A DNA stretch of 64,000 nucleotides, taken from the NCBI GenBank assembly GCA_965223855.1, contig CBDCXM010000009.1, positions 1,728,001-1,792,000 of the forward strand, in the 5' to 3' direction. Under the pieces are notes generated by a model that did not search any database, was not told the origin of the DNA, and saw only the letters and a program-made list of their open reading frames with translations. The translations under genes were made by a program, and so were the position numbers. This DNA comes from Candidatus Multivoradales bacterium. GTDB taxonomy: Bacteria; Acidobacteriota; Thermoanaerobaculia; Multivoradales; JAHEKO01. Each line of letters begins with the position of its first letter. Position 1 is the stretch's first letter. Shown here piece by piece: positions 56,965 through 64,000 of the stretch.

Positions 56965-58896
56965 ATGCAGCGCGGTGCGACTCCGCAGCGCCTAGGCCGT
57001 TGCGCCCACTGGGTGGCGTGCCTCGGTACCGCGCCGGATCCGATGGCGCCCGAGGAGGGTGCGCGCCTGCGGAATCTCGGTCCTTCCGGGGGCGGGAGAC
57101 GTCTCGCCGTCTCGGTACCGACGGACAGTGACGGTCCCGAGCTTCTGTCGACCGAGCGCTTCGGCGTTCTCTTCGATGGTGAGCTCCACAACGGTGATCA
57201 GCTCGAGAGGGAGCTCGAAGGAGCGGGGCCGGGTGGTGCCGAGTTGGTGCTGCGAGCCTACCGTCGCTGGGGAGCGCTCTTCTACGAGCGGTTGCACGGG
57301 GAGTACTCGCTCCTCTTGTGGGACGGGGACGAGGATCGGTTCTTCGCGGTGCGGGACCGCATGGGTATCTTCCCGCTCTTCCTCGCCTCCGTTGGCGAGG
57401 CGCTCTGGACCTCGAGGTCGCTCGCCGCACTGGCGGCGGAGCCGGCCGTGCCGAGCGACGTCGACCGCGGGGTCATGGCGAGTCATCTGGCGCACAGCTG
57501 GCCGCAGCCGGAGGAGACCTACGTCGCGTCGATTCGCCGCCTCCCGCCGGCGCAGGCGCTGACCGACGAGGGCGGTCGCCGGACGACACGCCGCTACTGG
57601 GATCCGGTGCCGCGGGGCGATGCGACCGCGCTCGAGCCGAGCTCGGGCGAATTCGAGGCGCTGTTCGAGACCGCGATCGCCCGCCGGTGGGCGCCGGGTG
57701 CGACCGGGATCTTTCTCAGCGGCGGCCTCGACTCGGTGTCGATCGCCGCGACCGGCCGCGATCTCGCGCGGGGCAACGGTGGGGGGCCGCTGGCGCTGTG
57801 TCTGCTGTTTCCCGACGAGCACGGCGCCAGCGAGGAGTCGGTGCAACGCGGGGTCACCGGCCAGCTCGAGCTCGACTCGCAAATGCTGACCTTCGACGAC
57901 GCCCTCGCCGGCCGCAACTTCTTTCGCGCCGGCCTCGAATGGAGCGCGCACCTCTCACACCCGATCTGCAATCACTGGTGGCCAGTCTACGGCGAGCTCG
58001 GCGTGCTCGGCCGCGAGTCGGGTTGCGACGTGATCCTGACCGGGATGGGGGGAGACGAGTGGCTGGGAGTTTCGCCCCACTACTCCGCAGATCTGATGCG
58101 CGGCGGCAGTCTCCTGAGAGTGCTCCGACTGCTGAGAGCGGAGCTGCGCTCGTTCCGCCAGCCGGCGCTCAGGATGGCGCCCCGCCTGCTGTGGGACTTC
58201 GGTCTGAAACTGGTTCTGCGCCAGGCGCTCTTTTCGTCGATGGCATGGATGAGCCGGACGCCGGGGCTGCGCGCGGGTGGTCGCGCTCTGACCGGTCTCT
58301 ATCGCGCCAGGAGCCGGCGCATCGGCAGGCGCAACGTCGCGGACTGGCTCGCCCCCGATCCAGAGCTGCGCCGAGAGTTGCTGGAGCGTTTCGAACAGAA
58401 GGTCGATGCGATTCTCGCTCAGGACGAGGACGACTATCTGGTCGAGATGCGCAGGGGCCTCGATCACTTCCTCGTCAGCTCACAGTTCGAGGAGAGCTTC
58501 GAGGTCGAAACCCAGATGGGGGTGCGATTCCGCCATCCGTTCCTCGATGCCCAGCTCGTCGAAGGGCTCTGCCGGGTCGCTCCGGAGGTCCTCATCGAGG
58601 GGGGGCGCAGCAAGGCGCCGTTGCGCGACGCGCTGGAGAAGCGTCTCCCCCAGCTCGGGTTCGAGCGTCAGAAGAAGCTGCTGGCGACCGATTTCTGGCA
58701 GGGTCGCTGCCTGGCCCACGGCGAGGAGGTCTGGGACGAGCTGGGTGGTCCGACCCTCCTGGCGGAGATGGGGATCATCGACCTGGCGGCGGCCGAGCGG
58801 TTCAAGCAGCGCGTCTTCATCGAGCGCGAGCGCACCCAGGCCTACCTCTTCTGGGACCTCGTCAACCTCGAGACCTGGGCCAGGAACTGGAGCTGA
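56965..58896 (+). CDS. Asn-synthase-like lasso cyclase/amide ligase (C protein); start uncertain
   Basis: FDGELHN, RDRMGIFPL, YWDP, FLSGGLDS, TGMGGDE, HPFLD and SKAPLR. It lacks the N-terminal MCG glutaminase nucleophile. Confidence 0.85.
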   Translation: MQRGATPQRLGRCAHWVACLGTAPDPMAPEEGARLRNLGPSGGGRRLAVSVPTDSDGPELLSTERFGVLFDGELHNGDQLERELEGAGPGGAELVLRAYRRWGALFYERLHGEYSLLLWDGDEDRFFAVRDRMGIFPLFLASVGEALWTSRSLAALAAEPAVPSDVDRGVMASHLAHSWPQPEETYVASIRRLPPAQALTDEGGRRTTRRYWDPVPRGDATALEPSSGEFEALFETAIARRWAPGATGIFLSGGLDSVSIAATGRDLARGNGGGPLALCLLFPDEHGASEESVQRGVTGQLELDSQMLTFDDALAGRNFFRAGLEWSAHLSHPICNHWWPVYGELGVLGRESGCDVILTGMGGDEWLGVSPHYSADLMRGGSLLRVLRLLRAELRSFRQPALRMAPRLLWDFGLKLVLRQALFSSMAWMSRTPGLRAGGRALTGLYRARSRRIGRRNVADWLAPDPELRRELLERFEQKVDAILAQDEDDYLVEMRRGLDHFLVSSQFEESFEVETQMGVRFRHPFLDAQLVEGLCRVAPEVLIEGGRSKAPLRDALEKRLPQLGFERQKKLLATDFWQGRCLAHGEEVWDELGGPTLLAEMGIIDLAAAERFKQRVFIERERTQAYLFWDLVNLETWARNWS

Positions 58897-58903
58897 TCGT
58901 CTC

Positions 58904-60121
58904 TCAGGAGCCGCTACGCCTCGAGACTGCAACACGCCGGCTCAGGTAGATCACGCCTCGGCGCACGAGGTCGAAGGGTCGCACGAGCCGCAGCAGGAAG
59001 ATCCGCAGTTTCGAGTCGGTAGGGCCGTAGATCACTTCCAACTCGGCGCGGGTCTTGAAGACCATCCGCCAGAGTCGTTTTGTCAGCACCGCAATCGTCG
59101 ATCGGCCGCTGAGGCCGGGGCGGTGGATGCGGAGGCGCAGCGACTCCCGGTAGGCGCGGTCCAGCTGGCCGGCGACCAGGTGCCGGAGCAGCACGAGGGC
59201 GCCGCTCGGCGGGTCGCCGGTCTCCTCGATCCCTTCGAGGGCGCCCCGCTCCAGCAGGTCGCAGAGCTTCCTGACAGCCGTCGCCTCCGCCCGGTTGACA
59301 CTGGCCGAGGTCATGCCGGCCGCGAGCTCGAAGTCACCGTCTCGGCTACCGACGCCGAGGTCAGAAAGATCCGCCAGCATCCGGCTCAGCGGATAGGAGG
59401 CGGGGCTCCAGCCATGCTGCGCGACGCCGTGCGCCAGCAGGTGTGCCATCAGCACCGCTCGCGAGGGGATCATGCAGAGGCGCTCCCGCCCGGAGGCCTG
59501 CACGAGGTGGTCGGCGCGCTCGAGGCCTTCGAAGCCGACCGGAGCCTCTCCCGGCGCCAACCGCACGCCCGGGATCATGAGGTGAATCTCGACGGCGGCG
59601 AGCCGGGGGTGACTCATCACGGTCAGCTGATGCTCGGACTCGGGGAAGTCCTCGAGCGCGTAACCCTCTCGGGTCAGCTCCTCGGCCAGCTCCCGGGCTC
59701 GGGGCTCCGGTACCAGGAGGTCGACGTCGCAGGCGAAGCGGCCACCGAGCGGCACGATGCCGTCCTCCTCGAGCGCCTGGCCCTTGAGCAGGGCGAGCGG
59801 AATCGATCGCGCGGCGACCACGTCGAGCAGCAGTGACACGGTCCTGTGCCGCCGCAGCGCCTCCGCCCTGGCTGCGGCCTGTGTGGCCACCAGCGCCTCG
59901 GCCGCCTCTCGCCCCAGTTCCCGGTCGAGCTCTTCGAACCCCGAGCGCGTCGCCAGCCGGGCTCCGAGGTCGAAGGTGGCGGCCAGTTCGAGTGCCCGCC
60001 GTGCGTCGATGGCTTCGGGGGCGGGGTGGCGAGCCGTGCTGAAGGCACGAGTGAGGAGCCACAGCAGCTCGGGCTCGAGGTCACAAGCCGGCGGTCGGAA
60101 CCTCATGTCTCCGCCTGGCAT
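58904..60121 (-). CDS. Nucleotidyltransferase family protein (NTP_transf_5-like, lasso-cluster type)
   Basis: IPLALLKG, GRFACDVDLLVP, VEIH and HLLAH...H. Confidence 0.85.
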   Translation of the reverse strand: MPGGDMRFRPPACDLEPELLWLLTRAFSTARHPAPEAIDARRALELAATFDLGARLATRSGFEELDRELGREAAEALVATQAAARAEALRRHRTVSLLLDVVAARSIPLALLKGQALEEDGIVPLGGRFACDVDLLVPEPRARELAEELTREGYALEDFPESEHQLTVMSHPRLAAVEIHLMIPGVRLAPGEAPVGFEGLERADHLVQASGRERLCMIPSRAVLMAHLLAHGVAQHGWSPASYPLSRMLADLSDLGVGSRDGDFELAAGMTSASVNRAEATAVRKLCDLLERGALEGIEETGDPPSGALVLLRHLVAGQLDRAYRESLRLRIHRPGLSGRSTIAVLTKRLWRMVFKTRAELEVIYGPTDSKLRIFLLRLVRPFDLVRRGVIYLSRRVAVSRRSGS

Positions 60122-60124
60122 CGC

Positions 60125-60991
60125 TCAGGCGGTCCGGTCGGGCGCCGGCCCGAAGACCGCGTGGGGGTAGTCCTCCCGGGCGGCGCCAGGCGGCTCCGCA
60201 CCGCCCCCTAGCGGAACCAGCCCCAGGCCGGCGATCAGCTCGGTGAGCTCTTCGAGTTCGATGGTGCGGTAGAAGCCGAGGTTCCAGTCGAAAACGGCTG
60301 CCTCGTCGCGCTGGCGCCGACCGGGCAGAAGGCGCCGGAACCATCGCTGCCGCCGCCCCAGGCGCGCGTGGGGTCCCTGCCAGCTCGCCAGGATCGGGCC
60401 GCGGACGACTCTCGAGAACCAGCCGACGGCTTCGCGGCACTCGGCGTCCGAGGCGAGGTGCGACAGGCTTCCCCAGCCGAGGATGCCGGCATCGAACGGT
60501 CCGAGCTCCGTGAGATCGGTCGGCTGCTTCGAGCCCGAATCTTCACCACCCGGCTCCTCGAGGCGGGGCAGGTCCTGGTACCCGGCCCGGTACATCGTCG
60601 GGCCATCGGAGAGTGTGCCGCGGTGGTCGGCGAACGCCCGGACCAGCACCTCCGACGGTTCGAAGGCACAGACGTCGTAGCCGAGCTCGAAGAGCGCCCA
60701 CGCCTCGCGACCCCCTCCGGCACCGCCGATCAGGATACGGGCGGGGGGCGCGGGAAAGAAGCGCTCGATCGCCGTCGACTCCCAGGCGAAGAGCCCCTGG
60801 CGCCCTTCGTCGGCGCCCGACCAGTAGTAGGCCTGCCGGCCGTAGACGAGGTCGTTGATCTGGGCGAGAACCGGGTCCGGAGCCCACGCCAGGATGGTGT
60901 CGCGCAGCGCTCGATCGACGTCCGCGTGGGCTCGGCCGATGGCGAGGATCCATCTCGACACCCTCCGCGCCCAGGCCGTCGAGGAACTCAT
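60125..60991 (-). CDS. Class I SAM-dependent methyltransferase-like protein
   Basis: GLFAWE, ARILIGGAGGGREA, AFEPS and FDAGILGWGSLSH. ATG 60991 lies 7 nt downstream of TATGAT. Confidence 0.75.
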   Translation of the reverse strand: MSSSTAWARRVSRWILAIGRAHADVDRALRDTILAWAPDPVLAQINDLVYGRQAYYWSGADEGRQGLFAWESTAIERFFPAPPARILIGGAGGGREAWALFELGYDVCAFEPSEVLVRAFADHRGTLSDGPTMYRAGYQDLPRLEEPGGEDSGSKQPTDLTELGPFDAGILGWGSLSHLASDAECREAVGWFSRVVRGPILASWQGPHARLGRRQRWFRRLLPGRRQRDEAAVFDWNLGFYRTIELEELTELIAGLGLVPLGGGAEPPGAAREDYPHAVFGPAPDRTA

Positions 60992-61167
60992 CGGATCGAT
61001 CATACCCAAGGGGGCAGGTGGCTACAGAGGGCTCGACGGCGTGCGAGCGCCGCTCGACGGGCTTGTGTCTCCCAGGTATTCCTGCCAGCGTTGGCAGGGC
61101 GAAAGCGACCTCCGGTCGAACCACGGATGGTCGGGTCCCGGTGGACGGCTTCCTGGTGGAAGAGGCA

Positions 61168-63051
61168 GTGAACGAACAGCAGACGAGACGGCAACGCTCG
61201 GCGCTCGCCGGCCAGCTTCGCAGCCTGCGCCGTGCCCTCGCTCTCGTCTGGCGGGCGGCGCCGCGCTGGACGCTGGCCTGGTTCGGCCTGTTGCTGCTGC
61301 AGGGAGTCCTGCCGGTCGCCATCGTCTACCTCACCCGTGCGGTGGTCGACAGCGTGGTGGAGGTCCTCGGTGTCGGCGCCTCGTGGAGCTCGATTCGTCC
61401 GGTGCTGCTTCCCGCCGCGGGGATGGGCGGTGTCCTCGTGCTGGGCGAGCTGCTGGCGGGTCTCACCAGCTGGGTGCGGACCGGGCAGGTCGAGGAGGTT
61501 CGCGACCACGTCACCGAGCTGATCCAGACCAAGTCGGCGGCGGTCGATCTGGGGTTCTACGAGAGCTCTGACTTCTACGACCACCTTCATCGCGCGCGCG
61601 ATCATGCGATCGAGCGCCCGCAGGCGCTCGTCGAGGGGCTCGGCGGGCTGCTGCAGAACAGCGTGACGCTGCTGGCGATGGGGGCGGTGCTGGTCCCTTT
61701 CGGCGTCTGGCTTCCGCTGGCTCTTCTGGCGAGTACCGTGCCGGCGCTCTACGTCGTCGTCCGGCACGGGCTTCGCCGCCACGCCTGGACGGTCGGGACC
61801 ACCCCCGAGAGGCGGCGGGCGGACTACTACGACGGGCTCCTCACCTGGGAGGAATCGGCGGCGGAATTGCGGCTGTTCGGGCTCGCCGGGCTGTTTCGCG
61901 ATCGCTTCCGGTCGGCCAGATCGCGGCTTAGGAAGGAGCGGCTCGCCCTCGAGAAGCGCCGCGCCTGGGCGGAGACGGGAGCCGGCTTCTTCGCCCTGCT
62001 CGTCACCGCCGCCGCGGTGGCGTGGATGCTCTGGCAGGCGGCGCGGGGCACCGTCACGCTGGGCGATCTCGCCCTCTTCTACCAGGCGTTCACCCAGGGG
62101 CAGAGGCTCCTGCGCTCGCTCCTCCAGCAGGTCGGCCAGGTCTACTCGGATTCGCTGCTCCTCGACGACCTGTTCGCCTTTCTGGCGCTCGAATCGACCC
62201 TCGTCGACGGGCCGCGACCCTCGCCGCGACGCCATCGGATCGAGGAGGGGATCCGCTTCGAGTCGGTCACGTTCCGCTACCCGGGGCGTTCGTCGCCCGC
62301 TCTCGAGGACTGCGACCTTCATCTGCCTGCCGGGGTGCTGGCCTCCGTCGTCGGTTCCAACGGCGCCGGCAAGAGCACACTGCTCAAGTTGCTGTGCCGC
62401 TTCTACGACCCCGATCAGGGTCGCATCCTCATCGACGGGGTCGACCTGCGGGAATACTCGCTCGAGGATGCTCGGCGATTCGTCTCGGCGCTCTTCCAGG
62501 AGCCGGTGCACTACAACGAGAGCGTCACCGACAACATCGTCTTCAGCGATCCGGCCGCCGCGGCGCTGCCCGGACAGGGCGCCGAGCGCGTGCGCGAGGC
62601 GGCGGCGCACGCCGAGGCGAAGTCGCTGGTCGAAGGTCTTTCGTCCGGCTACGAGACGGCGCTCGGCCGCTGGTTCGCCAACGGGATCGAGCTCAGCGTC
62701 GGAGAGTGGCAGCGGATCGCTCTCGCCCGCGCCTACTACCGGCCGGCACCGCTGCTACTCCTCGACGAGCCGACCAGCGCCATGGACGCCTGGGCGGAAA
62801 CGGCGTGGATGAAGCGCCTCCGCCGGTCGGTGGTCGATCGCACGACCCTCCTCGTGACCCATCGATTGACGACCGCCCGGCGCACCGACCTCGTGCTCGT
62901 GATGGCCGAAGGCAGGGTCGTCGAGCAGGGGACCCACGAGGAGCTGGTCGCTTCGGCCGGCTCCTACGCCCAGTCGTGGCTCGAGCAGACCGCCCACCGT
63001 GCCGATCGACCGGACCTTCCCGCGCATAGCGACGCGCGAAGTTCAGGCTAG
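61168..63051 (+). CDS. ABC exporter (lasso D-like)
   Basis: TM domain, AAELRLFGL, GSNGAGKST, RFYDP, ELSVGEWQRIALAR, LDEPTSAMD and THR. Confidence 0.92.
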   Translation: MNEQQTRRQRSALAGQLRSLRRALALVWRAAPRWTLAWFGLLLLQGVLPVAIVYLTRAVVDSVVEVLGVGASWSSIRPVLLPAAGMGGVLVLGELLAGLTSWVRTGQVEEVRDHVTELIQTKSAAVDLGFYESSDFYDHLHRARDHAIERPQALVEGLGGLLQNSVTLLAMGAVLVPFGVWLPLALLASTVPALYVVVRHGLRRHAWTVGTTPERRRADYYDGLLTWEESAAELRLFGLAGLFRDRFRSARSRLRKERLALEKRRAWAETGAGFFALLVTAAAVAWMLWQAARGTVTLGDLALFYQAFTQGQRLLRSLLQQVGQVYSDSLLLDDLFAFLALESTLVDGPRPSPRRHRIEEGIRFESVTFRYPGRSSPALEDCDLHLPAGVLASVVGSNGAGKSTLLKLLCRFYDPDQGRILIDGVDLREYSLEDARRFVSALFQEPVHYNESVTDNIVFSDPAAAALPGQGAERVREAAAHAEAKSLVEGLSSGYETALGRWFANGIELSVGEWQRIALARAYYRPAPLLLLDEPTSAMDAWAETAWMKRLRRSVVDRTTLLVTHRLTTARRTDLVLVMAEGRVVEQGTHEELVASAGSYAQSWLEQTAHRADRPDLPAHSDARSSG

Positions 63052-63070
63052 GGGCCGGGGAGTCTCGAAC

Positions 63071-63577
63071 GTGCAGGGCCGTCCTAGACTCTTGCCGTTT
63101 GCGCCTGGAGAGATCGCGTTGCTGCCGGCGGCGGTGAGGCTCGCGCTGGCGGCACAGGCCGTCCGCGAGGGAGCGTCGCTCGAACAGTTGCGGCGCCGGA
63201 TGCTCCTGATGCGTCGGGGGACGCCGACCGTCGAACCCGGTCGTGCGGTGCGTGTGGCGCTGTGGGTCTCGAGGACGCTCGGCGACTGGTTTGGTCTTCT
63301 CAACAGCTGCCTGACCCGTTCCCTGGTCCTCGCGAGTCTTCTCTCCGGGCACGAGAACGTGGCGGTCTGCCTCGGGTTTCGACGCGTCGGGTCCGCGAAG
63401 ACCGGAGAAGAGGTCGCGGATCCCCTCGCAGGCCATGCATGGGTGGTTCTCGACGGCGTACCGTTGCCCCGGGACTCGGAGCTCGATGACGAAGGCCGTG
63501 GCTACGAGACGGCGATGACCCTCGACTTCTCGGAGACGGCGGGCGGACGAGCGGCATCGTCGGAAGCGGAGCGGTGA
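63071..63577 (+). CDS. Lasso peptide B2 leader peptidase (transglutaminase-like)
   Basis: SCLTRSLVL...V-x-LG...AGHAWV-x-LDG carries the Cys/His catalytic residues. Confidence 0.88.
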   Translation: MQGRPRLLPFAPGEIALLPAAVRLALAAQAVREGASLEQLRRRMLLMRRGTPTVEPGRAVRVALWVSRTLGDWFGLLNSCLTRSLVLASLLSGHENVAVCLGFRRVGSAKTGEEVADPLAGHAWVVLDGVPLPRDSELDDEGRGYETAMTLDFSETAGGRAASSEAER

Positions 63578-63622
63578 TGCCTGCCCAGTCCGAACCGGCT
63601 CGCCGGCCGACCACTCGACGCC

Positions 63623-63652
63623 TTGCGCACGCGAATGAGACTTGGCTATAGT
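63623..63652 (+). promoter_or_regulatory. Putative sigma-70 promoter
   Basis: TTGCGC-18 nt-TATAGT upstream of the CDS at 63737. Confidence 0.4.
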
Positions 63653-63736
63653 CCCGAACAAGTCCCTTCGCCGTGCGGTCTTTCACCGCGAAAGCGAAGG
63701 AACGGGGGAATTCAAAGGGGAATACGGGGTCTCAAA

Positions 63737-64000
63737 ATGAAATCTGCAATCAAGGCTGTCCTGATCGGTGCGTGTGCGGTGCTGGTGGGCGCGGCGGGTC
63801 TGTCCGCCCAGGAGTACGTCGGCCAGCTCGTCTCCGATGGAAGCTATCTCGGGGATCTGGCCGTTCCGGCCGGTACCTCGATCGAGGCCGGTGCCACGGT
63901 AACGACCTTCGGCCAGCCGGCGATTCTTCACCTCAAGACGGGTCAGCTGGTTCGCGTGTCGGAGGAGTCCTCCGCGGTCGTCGGCAGTTGGTCCGACGGT
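63737..64000 (+). CDS. Secreted hypothetical protein, 3'-truncated (possibly FecR-like N-terminus)
   Basis: MKSAIKAVLIGACAVLVGAAGLSA-QEYVGQ signal peptide. The frame stays open to the window end. Confidence 0.7.
   Translation, partial: MKSAIKAVLIGACAVLVGAAGLSAQEYVGQLVSDGSYLGDLAVPAGTSIEAGATVTTFGQPAILHLKTGQLVRVSEESSAVVGSWSDG

Overview
High-GC, densely coding bacterial DNA. The gene content resembles Acidobacteriota or deltaproteobacterial genomes, but this is an inference and was not verified. I saw no rRNA, tRNA, CRISPR array or transposase. The window has three parts. (1) ~1-21 kb, housekeeping and envelope genes: xdhC-like, a BNR beta-propeller, pilT-pilC-pilS-pilR, an ABC exporter, a DUF2339/DUF3999-like pair, pntA1-pntA2-pntB, tmk-holB and a 2OG-Fe(II) oxygenase. 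(2) ~21-55.4 kb, a Wzx/Wzy-type surface polysaccharide locus: wzc, wza, an outer-membrane barrel, wzx, two Wzy/ligase-like proteins, four GT4s, WecG, WecA, three sulfotransferases, two methyltransferases, AsnB, heparinase II/III, two divergent Pol-beta-like nucleotidyltransferases and a frameshifted membrane sulfatase-like gene. (3) ~55.5-63.6 kb, an apparently complete lasso-type RiPP cluster transcribed divergently from wecA: RRE/B1, HPr-kinase-like enzyme, a 57-aa precursor, Asn-synthase-like cyclase, nucleotidyltransferase, methyltransferase, ABC exporter and B2 peptidase. The precursor is atypical: shifted leader register, no acceptor residue at the canonical position, and a C-terminal GGGG instead of Ser. 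The best candidate for an undescribed system is this RiPP cluster coupled to a sulfated glycan pathway, possibly making a peptide-glycan surface conjugate (hypothesis). Family assignments come from motif recognition by eye, not from database searches.
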